NCBI GenBank assembly: GCA_964016885.1
Contig: OZ024745.1
Span: 106,888,001 to 106,952,000, forward strand
Source of the DNA: Eledone cirrhosa
Lineage: Eukaryota
Reading direction: 5' to 3'
Length of the DNA: 64,000 nucleotides
The notes below the pieces were generated by a model that saw nothing but the letters and a program-made list of their open reading frames with translations, was not told where the DNA came from and did no database searches. Every line of letters starts with the position of its first letter. Position 1 is the first letter of the stretch. Below, one piece after another: positions 34,101 to 49,096 of this stretch. The position numbers and the translations under genes were made by a program.

Positions 34101-34553
34101 TATTATAATAGTTTCCATTTCGGGTTGTCACTAGAGTGTCAGACAAAATATTTGCGGTATTTCATACGTTCGAAGTTCAAATCCAGCCTAGGACAACTTT
34201 GCATTTCATTCTTCAAGGGTCAAGAAAATAAAGTATCAGTTAAGTATTGGGGTCGATATGTTTGACTTTCCCCTTTCCTCAATTTGCTGGTTTTGTGTTA
34301 GAAGAATTGTAATACTTTCTCTGTGATTACGAACGATAGGTTCCATCAGGTCAAATAGCGAGACTCTATATGATCGCTAGCCCCACGTAACATAGCTGAC
34401 AAATTATTGCATGAACACATTGCCTGGGTTGGGATGATCTCAGACAATGACTTTTTATATAGGGTAATTAAAACAGGGTTGTATTTCATCAAATATATAC
34501 GACCTCAATCATTGGGACCTTAAATGTACAATGAAAGAAGTTCATATACAATA

Positions 34554-34591
<38 letters not shown>

Positions 34592-34725
34592 TGTCAGCAA
34601 AATTAATACAATGGCATATCTGTGATGTAAATAAATATCATGACTTTAGCACTATGCATTTGTTTCAATTTCAACACAGGATTTCGAAAGCACGGATAAG
34701 TCTAACTGTTAATACACACGCACAC

Positions 34726-34805
<80 letters not shown>

Positions 34806-34807
<2 letters not shown>

Positions 34808-35162
34808 TTTCTGAATTTGTTTAGCAAGATTCTTTATCTGAAATCGTGTGTTGAAACCGATATTGTTATACTTTGGGAGGGTCATGTTGCCAATAAGAAA
34901 CACACGCACCAGTTGCTTTCACTTCAATTTATTATATATTTATAAATTTATAAATTTATAAATTTCTGGTTGGTTGGTTGGTTCCACAACCAGATAGTTG
35001 TTTATATATTATATTTATATATATTTATATATTTATATATATATAAACAACTATCTGGTTGTGGAACCAACCAACCAGAAATTTATAAATATATAATAAA
35101 TTGATGTGAAAGCAACTGGTGCGTGTGTTTCTTATTGGCAACATGACCCTCCCAAAGTATAA

Positions 35163-35168
<6 letters not shown>
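34806..35168 (-). mobile_element. Fold-back element, family C, long arms
   Basis: ~130-145-bp inverted arms (34860-35006 / 35040-35168) around an AT-only loop, with a tail at 34806-34859 matching that of the 27707 copy. Confidence 0.9.
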
Positions 35169-35225
<57 letters not shown>

Positions 35226-35228
<3 letters not shown>

Positions 35229-35332
35229 GGTGTCCCCTAAACATATTTACACACATCAATAGCATTCTAATAAATATTGCCTATATAGGTAATCAAAGTG
35301 TCAAAGTGTGTATACATTTTTGGGACACCCTG
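35226..35332. mobile_element. Tc1/mariner-type MITE
   Basis: TIRs CAGGGTGTCCC / GGGACACCCTG with TA on both sides, inside (TA)n. A related single end lies near 48819. Confidence 0.85.
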
Positions 35333-35703
35333 TATATATATATATATATACATAGATATATACATACATATTTTAAGGGCCAAAAGGACGAACAAACACG
35401 GAGAACAATTATAAAAAGTATTATTAAGGTAAGGGGTCGCTAAAATAAAGTACCAGTAATGTACTGGGTAATTGCTGGCCTAGTGCCAAAAGTAGAAACA
35501 ATTATTAAGGTAAGGGTTGTATAAAAATGTGGAAGGAGATGTCTTCAATAAGGTGCATTGTATGAGTTTGTCCCTCTGTCGTATGTGTGTCTGCACGAGT
35601 GCGTGGCAATCTAGCTGTTTAGACTGTATATGTGTTTATACGTGTATGTTATGTCTATGTTTGTGTGGGTGTCTGCGTATCTGTTGTATCATGTAAACCT
35701 CTG

Positions 35704-35712
35704 AGTGAATCA

Positions 35713-35745
<33 letters not shown>

Positions 35746-36106
35746 CTTATTGAGCGTGTGTTTTAAGTGTGTGAATGTCGTAGAATGTCGTACGTGGGGC
35801 TTTGTTATATGTATGTGTGTGAGTATATAGTTTTTGTGTAGCTTGTATATGTGAGTGGGGATGTCACTCAGCATGTAAGTGTTGTGTGTGTGTGTGTGTA
35901 TGTGTGTCTGTGTATATATATGTATGTGTGAATCAGTATATATATATATGTATGTGTGCTTATTGAGCGTGTGTTTTAAGTGTGTGAATGTCGTAGAATG
36001 CTATATGTATGTGTGTGAGTATATAGTATTTGTGTAGCTTGTATATGTGAGTGGGGATGTCACTCAGCATGTAAGTGTTGTGTGTGTGTGTATGTGTGTC
36101 TGTGTA
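35704..36106. repeat. Local tandem duplication of ~200 bp of TG-rich sequence
   Basis: GTGAATCAGTATATAT...GGGGATGTCACTCAGCATGTAAGTGTTG occurs twice (about 35706 and 35928). Confidence 0.85.
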
Positions 36107-36630
36107 TGTGTTTACATGCCCCCCACCCCCGGGGAGTAGGAAAAACGTTATGATTGAGAATGATGCGAGAGGTGGTAATGGAAATTCAGGTAAATTGCGA
36201 AGAAATGATACAGCGAATGATGAAAGGATTATGGTCAGTAGAAATATTTGTTATGTCACTCCTAGAAATGATAGTACGACTGATGGTAGGACTTGTGAGA
36301 AAAAAACTTATTATAATGTGGGTCAAAATCAGAAGAATTTGTAGAGGAGAAAGTATGGGTAGTGGGATTTGGTGCGTGTGTGTAACCCAGAAAGAATGAA
36401 TGGTCGGGGAGAGTCACGAAGACAATATGTTAGGGTGATGATAGGTATATGCGTGCACTTGAAAGAAAAGTTAATACAGAGGAGGCTGCTGGAGAAATTT
36501 ATAGACCAGTATTCATATATATTCAAATGTAAGATATAACTTTTTTAATAATCAAGAAGCTTTAGCCTCGCTCTGAAAATGTAACAAAGTGTCTACATCA
36601 TAGTTTTTATCCCTTCGTTGATCGATATAA

Positions 36631-36691
<61 letters not shown>

Positions 36692-36696
<5 letters not shown>

Positions 36697-36879
36697 AAAA
36701 GTGTTAGGACCCCGAGGGCTGCGCTCCGGCCGTTTCGACTGCTAGATCCGAACTGTTCGTATCTAGCTGTCGAAACGGCCGGACCTCAGCCGTCGGGGTC
36801 CTGACTCTTTTCCTATTAGCCACTCTATTACCCTAAGTATTGAGTACTCTAGATCGTTATGGTCCACCTGGTATCTTAC

Positions 36880-36885
<6 letters not shown>
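36692..36885 (+). mobile_element. Fold-back element, family A
   Basis: Inverted arms 36692-36752 / 36755-36816, then tail and (CA)n. Confidence 0.92.
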
Positions 36886-36934
<49 letters not shown>

Positions 36935-37092
36935 CAATTAAGCTAAGAGAAGTTTGATGAGCTTTTGATTCCAGAGTCGGACCCGATCTATAGAGAACGA
37001 ACCTTAAGCTGATCAAACTCGAAACGTGCGTCATACCTGAATAAACATAACGAAAATATGATGCCTCGTCCATAAACAAATATATATATATA

Positions 37093-37886
<794 letters not shown>

Positions 37887-38289
37887 CGTGTGCGTGTGTG
37901 TGTGTGTGTGTGTAAAATATATATAGTTAATCAAAGCTCTAATATGAATTTATTGTCCACAATGAGATTTTCAAAAGACAGTTCAGTGTATAATCCAATT
38001 TGTAAATTTTCAGTAATAGTAGTTTTAGAATATATATATATAAAATAAATAAATAAATAACCAGGGTTTAATACTTAATACATTTACAATCATTTCTTTC
38101 AAATACTGAAAGAAATTACATTATATTCCCGACTATATGTTTGGATATTTATGTTTTCGAATTTGGAGATATTTGGGCATGCGGTTGGTGAATAATTATC
38201 TATTTTATTCAATGATTCTGAAGAGTTAGTACAGAGGAATTAGATGCTATTTCCTTCTGTATTAAAAAGAAACAATTGCAAATTTGCTA

Positions 38290-38731
38290 ATAATTGTTTC
38301 TACATGTGGTACAAGGCCAGCAAATACCCAGTGCATTACTGGTACTTTATTTTATCGACCCGTAATGATGAAACGCAAAGTTAACCTCAGCGGGTTATTA
38401 TTTAGCAAATTTGATAAATAATTGTTTCTACTTTAGGCACAAGGCCAGCAATTACCCAGTGCATTACTGGTACTTTATTTTATCGACCCCGTAAGGATGA
38501 AAGGCAAAATCAACCTCGGCGGGATTTGAACTCAGATCGTAAAGGGACGTAACTATGCTGAAAAGCATGGCGTCCGACCCTCTACTGATACTGCCAATCC
38601 ACCGCAAACTTGCTAAATAAAACAGAAATAACAAAGCAAATGTATATAATATTAGGTCGTCAAATATGAAATTTGTAGAAATTTGTAGAAAAAAAACAAC
38701 AAATTTCTACAAATTTCATACTTGACGACCC

Positions 38732-38818
<87 letters not shown>

Positions 38819-39100
38819 GCACGCACACACGCGCACATACACTTATATATATATATTGTTCTATTTGGGGACGATCATTTTGCTAGTTTTGCCAAGAAAA
38901 TCACACGCACTAATCGATTTTCACCCTAGCTTCATTTCGGACGCCATGCTTTGACGCATAAAGTTACGGCCCTTGCCATTCTAAGTTCAAATCCCGCCGA
39001 GGTTAACTTTGCCTTTCATCCTTACGGGGTCGATAAAATAAAGTACCAGTAATGCACTGGGTAATTGCTGGCCTTGTGCCAAAAGTAGAAACAATTATTA
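38290..39100. mobile_element. tRNA-derived SINE copies (two tandem on - at 38290-38606, one on + at 38938-39100)
   Basis: Same family as 29948-30412. Confidence 0.88.
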
Positions 39101-39274
39101 ATTAGTTCGTCAAAGCTCTTTTGACACATATTCTGTAAGCTCTTAACTAATCTGACTAATAAAGCAGAAATGAACTGACTAGAACTGTTTCATTCCTAAG
39201 AAATCATCCTTATGAAACAGTTCTCGTCCTGTAAAAATCATTCCTATAATTTACATACATACATACATACATAC

Positions 39275-39674
39275 ATGGTGGCTGCCAACTCGTTTTCGAG
39301 TAGTGCCACTACTTTATATCCATGTAGGAAAACCCCTACCGATGCGCTGAACGCGTGTGACTTTTTAGTCCAGCCAGCGACTTGAAAACTCTGGTACAAA
39401 CACTACACCTGTGACAATTATTGACACATAGTGCTAGGCCCATGGTACCATGTGACGACAAGTGCAGAGAGATCTCCAGATATAAAGCAATGCCTGTGCC
39501 GTGCTTTTATAGTGAGCAAAAGCACTGCACAAAGCCTGTCCCACTCTCTTAACCAAGATGATATTTACCAAAAAGAAGAACAAGTCAACATCATTGGATA
39601 CCATGAGGGTTGCAGGTGTTATATCAGAGTTTTCCTTCTCCTAGAATTCTGCCTTGACAAAGGCTAAGGGGTCA
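39275..39674 (-). mobile_element. 5'-truncated copy of the bipartite RTE-derived element, in (TACA)n
   Basis: Close match to 62932-63363, flanked on both sides by (TACA)n. Confidence 0.88.
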
Positions 39675-39682
39675 TACATACA

Positions 39683-39734
<52 letters not shown>

Positions 39735-39736
39735 TT

Positions 39737-39768
<32 letters not shown>

Positions 39769-40049
39769 AATTTAGCGAGAATCGCGTTTCGGCGGGTAGA
39801 AATTAACGAAACGCAACTTCCTTATTGTGCAGACAAGCGCTCCATGAATATGAAGAAGATACCAGAGCTATAAACATAAGTTAAAATGGTCATACACGCT
39901 GAGACGATGGTTAAGAAGCCATTAACCACTTTAGCCAAAAAAGCGAATAAGCTAAACGGGTCAAACAAAAGGAGATATGATTGAAATAGTTACCCGGACC
40001 CTCGGGGAAGATGAAATACTCCGGAATTGGGTTTCTACAACACCTAAAT

Positions 40050-40243
40050 CAATAATTGTTTCTACTTTAGGCACAAGGCCAGCAATTACCCAGTGCATTA
40101 CTGGTACTTTATTTTATCGACCCCGTAAGGATGAAAGGCAAAGTCAACCTCGGCGGGATTTGAACTCGGATCGTAAATGGACGTAAATATGCTGGAAAGC
40201 ATGGCGTCCGACCCTCTACCGATACTGCCAATCCACCGCCCTA
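40050..40243 (-). mobile_element. Full-length tRNA-derived SINE with target-site duplication
   Basis: Full family sequence flanked by CCTAAATCAATAAT on both sides (about 40043-40056 and 40240-40253). Confidence 0.92.
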
Positions 40244-40401
40244 AATCAATAATACTGTCTGCTTATAAGACCTAATCTGAAGATTAGGTCACAAATTTGA
40301 TCTCACTCATAATCTGGAGATATGGTCAATGTTGGCCCTAGAAACATTAGTAGTACTTTTGTTCTGTGCATAAACATATATATATATATATAAATAAATA
40401 T

Positions 40402-40595
40402 ATAGAAGTAAGTAAGACCCCGACGGCTGAGCTCAAGCCGTTTCGACGGCTAATCCAGTACAGAATTAGCCGTCGAAACGGCTTGAGCTCAGCCGTCGGG
40501 GTCTTACTTACTCCTATTTCCCACTCTACTACCCTAAGTATTGAGTACTTTGGTGCGTTATGGTCCACCTGGTTCCTTACCACTTTTCCCTCGCT
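40402..40595 (+). mobile_element. Fold-back element, family A
   Basis: Inverted arms 40402-40454 / 40465-40517 plus tail, TA-flanked. Confidence 0.92.
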
Positions 40596-40601
40596 AAATA
40601 A

Positions 40602-40641
<40 letters not shown>

Positions 40642-40759
40642 ATATATATACATATAATATAATCTCTCTCCAGCTGTCTCTCTCTATATATATATACAAT
40701 CATACATATATACAATCTATATATATACAATTTCATACAATCATACATACATACCCAAA

Positions 40760-40836
<77 letters not shown>

Positions 40837-40851
40837 TATAATCTCTCTCCA

Positions 40852-40909
<58 letters not shown>

Positions 40910-41227
40910 TTTGGGTATGTATGTATGATTGTATGAAATTAAGAGTAATTGAAGAAACAATGGAGATTTGAGATAAAGTCAAAATAACGTAAATGGTGGG
41001 AAAAAAATTGAGCAAACTTACACAGAACAATATGGCAATGTATACGACAATACAAATACAAATGCGCATACATTGTGTGATAATACAAACAGCCTTATAC
41101 GTAATAGGCAATAGATTAATATATCCCGAAATAATTCTCACGGCTGACATCACTTTTGTTATGTGTTCAATTCTTGCTTAATTTTTTTTTTTTTCTTAGA
41201 AATCAAACAAACATATTTTTTATAACG

Positions 41228-41259
<32 letters not shown>

Positions 41260-41263
<4 letters not shown>

Positions 41264-41455
41264 GAAAATGTTCAACCCCGACGGCAGAGCTCAAGCCGTT
41301 TCGACGGCTATTTCTGGACTCAGAAATAGCCGTCGAAACGGCTTGAGCCCTGTCGTCGGGGTTGAACATTTTCCTATTACCCACTCTACTACCCTAAGTA
41401 TTGAGTACGCTGGTGCGCTATGGTCCATCTGGCTCCTTACCACACTTCATTCGTT
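41260..41455 (+). mobile_element. Fold-back element, family A
   Basis: Inverted arms 41260-41316 / 41321-41376 plus tail, TA-flanked. Confidence 0.92.
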
Positions 41456-41460
41456 ATATA

Positions 41461-41506
<46 letters not shown>

Positions 41507-43330
41507 GGTAAATGTGGATGAGTGAACAACTTGCCTGTTAAATTGTGTCCCTTTTCTTCGTGTTGTGTTCAAGTCTCATTGACAGCATCATAGTCTTTAA
41601 ATTTATCTGTGTCGATCTAAATGGAGTTTAACGCATCCTCTAAATCAGGCGTATCAAACTGAGGGTCCCCCGAGGTCCACATGGGTCACATATTTGTTGT
41701 CTGAGGGGCCCACACGACAACTAATTTCACACATTACAACTAATATTTTTTATTTTATATTACGCTCACGCTGTAAAACCTTTATGCGGGTCGCATGTGT
41801 GCTTGTAAATAGCCGCATGTTTAACATATCATAAATAATTGTTTCTACTTGAGGCACAAGGCAAACAATTTGAAGGGGAGGGGAAAGTCGATTAAATCCA
41901 CCCCAATGCATTTCTGGTTTTTTATTGTATCGACCCCCTAAGGAAGAAAAGCAAAGTTAACCTCGGCGGGATTTGAACTCAGAACGCAAAGGGCCGTAAC
42001 TCTCATCCGCTTAGCATGGTAGCCAGCGTAGGAAGTTATAATGCCGTTCCCTTTTATATTCCTCACCTTTCTGCTTGGTGATATTTGATGTTGAACTAGA
42101 AAGACATGAAGACAGAGTGACTTTCAGGTTGTAGGGAATGAGGAGGTGTCTTTGTGTAAAATCTGAGTATGGCCGTGTGGTAGTAGAATTGTTAGTGTTT
42201 CGGATAGAATTCCTTGAAACATTTGTTTCAGCTGCCTGGTTCCTTAGCTCAAATCACACCGATATGAATTTTATCATTCAATCTTTTGGGATTAATGAAT
42301 ACAGTACCAGTCCAGTTCAATCTTACGGTGAAGTACCTTGAACCTGTGCTTTTACCAAAGCCTCTGGTATTGTGGGTGAAATTTTGTAGACATAAACCGT
42401 GTTGAAACTGATCGGAATCTACTCCATGCCCTTGGATAGATTTAAAGTCAGCCGGTTTAACACCAAAACATGATCCTTCGGTGTCTTAAACTCTGAACAA
42501 GACTAAGCGCAAAGTTGTTTTGCTTCCACCACTTATGATCTTGTAAAAGATCTTGTAAAAGTTCATAAGCGCTGCCCTTCTTCCTAAAAGATTCGGATGC
42601 CCTGAATAAGTTTACTAAAGCAGCTCTTCCGATCAGACCCACAGGCTTTGAACAAGGACAAGGATGCCCCGCTTCCTTTTTCTGATTAAGTTAGTTCAGC
42701 TACTGATCATGACTGATATAACTTCAGGTCCTAAAGCAAAAGCATCATGGGATTATAATTTTTTAGAATATTAACCTTATCTTTGAAGATGAACACGTTT
42801 CAATCGGTTTATCATAAGGCAAAATGAATGCAAAACGCTAACACTGAAAACAAAATCATCTCTAAATATGAGGGTAATAGTTCAAAAATATATAATTGTA
42901 TTGACAGCTGCTCATCACAGACAGTTAGACAATTAACGTAACCGAGTATCTGCGATTCAGTTTTAGCAATAGTAATCTATGGTTTTTACGAATATGTAAA
43001 TGTCAATTGTGCAGCAGATACGAACGCCATACGCGAAGCCAGTGAAGAAGAATATGTCTACGACCAGCTAAAAGTAGATGTGACGTCAGAACTGAGATCA
43101 TAGATCTAGATTAAAATCTGAGCTATTTTGGATAAACTCTGGCTATTATTCGTTGAAGCAAATTTAGACTAGACAAAGAAAGGACATTTTCCTTTGGCAT
43201 CTCCAATGTATATGAAAATATATTCATGCATTCGAATATCAACACCACCAACGTTCATTTTTTTATGGACTATATGATAAGAAAAACCAACCTCGATCCG
43301 AATACATACATATATATACTGTATATATCT

Positions 43331-43383
<53 letters not shown>

Positions 43384-43456
43384 TATGTGCGTGTGTGTGC
43401 ATGTGTGTATGTGCGTGCGCGTGTGTGCGCGTGTGTGTGCGTGCGTGCGTGCGTGC

Positions 43457-43494
<38 letters not shown>

Positions 43495-43801
43495 GTGCGT
43501 GTGCGTGTGTGCGTGTGCGTGTGCGTGTGTGTGTGTGCGCGTGCGTGTGTGTGTGTGCGTACAGAGAGCGAATGAAGAAGAAAAAGCTAGAGAGAGACAT
43601 AAGGGAGATAATCGTAAATTTCGATACACAAGCCGACTACTTCTACTGAAACCTGGATGGAACGTGTTTGATTATAATCTGTTCTGTACTGTCTGACCTG
43701 GGGCTAAACAAGTGCATTAACATGCTTGACTGGTTATAAAGGTTTATTTGTGAAGGTTCCGGGTTCAATTCCGTAGCACAAGATCATTTGAGCAAGTGTT
43801 C

Positions 43802-43854
<53 letters not shown>

Positions 43855-44347
43855 ACACACACACACACAGACACACACACAGACACACACACATATTCAT
43901 TTACAAGGAAAAGGTAATGATAATTTTGACGTTTCTTCTTTGGCCAGCTTGATAAGAATGACGAAACGAGGCTAATGGAGCAACTTCGAAGCCACTATCA
44001 AGATTTTTCCATAAAATAGACGCTGTACTCTACGTACATATATTGACTACTCATTCAGATAATGATTGACTGTCTTTATCCCTTTAATGTTCAAACCGGC
44101 CAAAACTGGCCAGAATTCTCCATCTTTTTCTGTTGAAACTGGCTGTAACTGGTCACTCAAACTGATATTTAGGTATTGTTCTCAAAATAAATTCTTTCAA
44201 AATTTCATAGATTCGATATTATGTGAGATAATTATGTGAGATAAAACGCATTTATCATGAAAATATAATAGTATATATAGAGTAATGGGTTAAATAAGGT
44301 TATACATAAGTTTTCGATGGGAAATAAAGACATCGCAGAAAGTATTA

Positions 44348-44516
44348 CCGTATTTCCCGGCGCCGAAGTCGCTTCGTCCTCGAGGACGCACCCTAATTTT
44401 GACAACCAAAAATTTGAAAATAAATAATAAACCACCTTCGGCCTCCAGGACGCATGGTAGATTTTTGAGACTTATTTTAGGAAAAAAAGTAGCGTCTTGG
44501 ACGAAAGGAATTACGG
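44348..44516. mobile_element. pogo/Tc2-type MITE
   Basis: TA-CCGTATTTCC ... GGAATTACGG-TA termini, with internal GGACGC repeats. Confidence 0.75.
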
Positions 44517-45164
44517 TAAATCTTACCTTACACCCAACAAATGAAAGCAACAGGCATGTAAATGATTATTCAAAATTCTTGCAACAATTGTGTTGTAAAT
44601 ATGTATAAGCAGCAACAATCTCTTTGTAATGTTATGGTGAACACCAGGTTTGATATCATAACGCCGAGTGATGGCCCATAACACAAATAATTATTTGTCC
44701 ACCAACATGGGGCTCTGTCAGTAAAGTTAACGAGGGATCTGATGTTTCTACACACGTTATTTTAATACAAACAACAAACGACGAAGGAGCCTGCTCTAGT
44801 CGAGAATGTGCATTAATAGCAATGAAGCATTTTGGTGCATGTTTCTACCATATTACATATAACGATTTCTATATATCACGTTCCAAATGTATGTACATAT
44901 ATCTTTACATATTAAGGTTTCTGTAACATATATGCGATATATCGAACTAAATATGTACCTTGTTACATAATTATTGATTTATAGAAGGCCGATCTAGGTT
45001 TCAACATCCAACTACTCTTATCTCTGAAGTATACGTGGCTCTATCTCTCCCTATATATATCTTTTTTCCCTCTCTTATCCGCATTTAAAATGAACTACGT
45101 GGTATGCTGAAATAGCCATTCTGAAGATATAGAATGCTTACCAAATATTGAATATCAAATACAT

Positions 45165-45975
45165 CAATAATTGTTTCTACTTTTGGCAAAAATAAGGCCA
45201 ACAATTACCCCAGTGCATTACAGGTACTTTATTTTAGCGATCCCGAAAAGATGAAAGGGAAAGTTAACCTCGGCAGGATTTGATCTCAGGACGTAAAGGG
45301 TCATAACTCTATGCCGCAAAGCATGGTGTCTGACACTTTACCGATACTGCCAATCCACCGCCATAAATAATTGTTTCTACTTTTAGCAAAAAGGCCAGCA
45401 ATTACCCCTCCAGTGCATTACTGGTGCTTTATTTTATCGACCCCCGTAAGGATGAAAGGCAAAGTTAACCTCGGCGAGATTTTAACTCAGACCGTAAAGG
45501 GGCGTAACTCTATGCTGCGAAGCATGGCGTCCGACCATCTACCGATACTGCCGATCCAAGTACTTGTTTATAGCAAGGTGAATAAAAAATATTTGTTTCT
45601 ACTTTAGGCACAAGGCCAGCAATTACCCAGTACATTACTGGTACTTTATTTTATCGACCCCGTAAGGATGAAAGGCAAAGTCAGCCTCGGCGGGATTTGA
45701 ACTCAGACCATAAAGGGACGTAACTATGCTGGAAAGCATGGCGTCCGACCCTCTACCGATACTGCCAATCCACAGCCCTCTTTGCTCATAATAATTGTTT
45801 CTACTATTGGCACAATGCCAGCAATTACCCAGTACATTACTGGTACTTTATTTTATCGACCCCCGTAAGGATGAAAGGCAAAGTCAACCTCGGCGGGATT
45901 TGAACTCAGATCGTAAAGGGACGTAACTGTGCTGGTAAGCATGGCGTCCGACCCTCTACCGATACTGCCAATCTA
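45165..45975 (-). mobile_element. Head-to-tail array of 4 near-full tRNA-derived SINEs
   Basis: Four ~190-bp copies starting near 45168, 45368, 45590 and 45790. Confidence 0.92.
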
Positions 45976-46269
45976 AAAAAATATTGTTCACCTGTTCGCT
46001 CCCTTACACGAAGAACGAATGAAGCAACCGCGAAATTACTTATATATTTATATTTATATTATTCAAAGCAGATAAATGCACATTTCAATTAAATTATTTA
46101 TCTATATATGTAAGGACATCCTTATATGTGGGTGCGTGTGTATATGTATGGACACACACAGACACAGACACACGGGCACATACACAGACACACACACACA
46201 GATATAAATACAAATACACACACACACACACATATATATATATACATTCATACACATATACATACGTAC

Positions 46270-46359
<90 letters not shown>

Positions 46360-46919
46360 GTATATATATATAGATATATATATATACGTATATATATATA
46401 TTTGTGTATATATATATATATAGATATATTACACGCATCGTTAAGAAACGCATCAATCATTCTACACGTCTTTTTTTTTGTAGAAAAATTTATAAAATAA
46501 TGAAATCTCTTTCTCCCATTTAGTGTCTTTATGTACATACATACATACATACATAGATACATTACATACATACATAGATACATACATACATACATACATA
46601 CATACATACATACATACATACATACATGCATACATGCATGCATACATGCATACATGCATACATACATACATACATACACACATACATACATACATACATA
46701 CATACATACATACATTTATACAAGCACACGCACACACACAAATACAAACCCACATGTGTGTATACATACGCATGTGTTTATGTACGCATCAGCACACATA
46801 CATATGTAGATAAAATAAAAATGCCTAGTTCGGCCTTTCAATTAATTACAAATCATTTTATTTGTCCATATATATTTACATATATATATATATACGATAT
46901 ATATATATATACACATATA

Positions 46920-46972
<53 letters not shown>

Positions 46973-47019
46973 TTGTATATATATATACACACACACATAT
47001 ATATATATATGTTTATGTG

Positions 47020-47101
<82 letters not shown>

Positions 47102-47134
47102 TAAACAAATAAATATGTGTGTGTGTGTGTGTGT

Positions 47135-47339
47135 ATAGGTTAAAGATTTAGGAACCCGACGGCTGAGCAGGGGCCGTTTCGACAGCTAGATCCGTACAGT
47201 TCGGATCTAGCTCTCGAAACGGCCGGAGTTCAGCCGTCGACGTCCTGGCTCTTTTCCCTATTACCCACTCTACCACCCTAAGTATCGAGTACTCTGGTGC
47301 GTTATTGTCCACCATGTATCTTACCACACTTTCATTGTT
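47135..47339 (+). mobile_element. Fold-back element, family A (more diverged)
   Basis: Inverted arms around GATCCG-tacagtt-CGGATC, plus tail. Confidence 0.9.
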
Positions 47340-47350
47340 ATATATATATA

Positions 47351-47437
<87 letters not shown>

Positions 47438-48078
47438 ATGTGAGTATGTGTATGTGTACGCAGACGCACACGTATGTGTATGTAAATATGCGTGTGCCAA
47501 TGTATGTTTGCATTTTCATCATGTTGCGTGAGTGCAAAATAGCCGTATGTTTATGGATTTCGCTTCGCAGTCATTTGGTCCTAACTTCGATCTCAATGTG
47601 GAGCATCTTAGGCATATGTCAATAATCATGGACTAGGGTTGCTCCATACACACTCAGTGAGACTGGGGAGACGGAGACTCCCCTGTTTTGGATGCCCGCT
47701 GGATGAACTGTGTTTGTAATTCAAAAGGCCAGCCTTGTTACAATGTATTTACTCTGAATCTCCTTGAGAATTATATAAATAGTACACGTCTTTGTGGCAT
47801 ACTGGGCTGTTTACACATTAAATACTTCAACAGAACAGGCTGTTCTGTTGATCCAGATAGATAAGGTTGCAAAATAAACCCTTAAATTCACTTTACATTT
47901 TACATAATTAATTTTGACAGTATTGGTAGAGCGTAAGACACCATGCTTTGTAGCATAGAATTATGGCCCGTTACGTCCTGAGTTCAAATCCCAACGAGGT
48001 TAACTTTGCCTTTCATCCTTACGGGATCGATAAAATAAAGCACCAGTAATGCTCTGGCCTTGTGCCAAAAATAGAAAC

Positions 48079-48110
<32 letters not shown>

Positions 48111-48779
48111 TGCAGTCCATAGCAATCCCCGTTGGACTCTTTGTGACCTGGTTACTGACACGGTTGTAATGTATAAAAAAATTTTTTAAAGAAAGCTAAA
48201 GATATTTTGTGGGGTTTTGCGGGGATAAAAATGACTTTTCCACTACGTAATTGATTAGGTTTCAAGATATAGTCTTAAATCAAGTCTCTTGACAAACAAA
48301 TATAAACTCAGAAATTTCAAACGTTTCAACCATACTACAAAAATCTCGAGAGATTCTGTTACATGTTGAATAAAGAAGATACAACTATGCAACGACTTCA
48401 ATTTCATATATTAGTTATACTTCTAGACTACTGTATTCCGTCACTAAGAGTTTCATGACATCTGACATGGGCAAGCCTCAGCCGGGTCTGGTTTGTGGTG
48501 TAAATACTTTTCCAGATGTTTTATCAGCATATATATATATATATTTGAGTGTCTGTGTTATATATATATATATATATATTAAATATATATACAGATTAGA
48601 GCAAACATCACGGGCGCTCTATCTCAAAATTATTTTTGAAAAGCATTAGAAATGCGCAACCGGTAAAACTTAAAACCAAAACTGAATACTAACCAATACT
48701 ATTACTAATTTTTACTTATTTCTAATTAAACTATTTTTCACTGGGAACAATTTGTCACCATTTTCTTTTCCCTTTACCA

Positions 48780-48814
<35 letters not shown>

Positions 48815-48883
48815 TATACAGGGTATCCGAAAAAAAAGACCTGTACGTATTTATTAAAATGCTGTTGAAGTGTGTAAACATTT

Positions 48884-48916
<33 letters not shown>

Positions 48917-48921
<5 letters not shown>

Positions 48922-49043
48922 AAAAGAGGCAGGACCCCGACGGCTGAGCTCCGGCCGTTTCGACAGCTAGATGCGAACTCTACTACCCTAAGTATTGAGT
49001 ACTCTGGTGCGTTATGGTGCACCTGGTATCTTACCACACCCTA
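48917..49043 (+). mobile_element. Family A element with the sense arm deleted
   Basis: Inverted arm joined directly to the tail at an ACT overlap (GCGAACT/ACTCTACTACCC). Confidence 0.85.
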
Positions 49044-49048
49044 TATAC

Positions 49049-49096
<48 letters not shown>

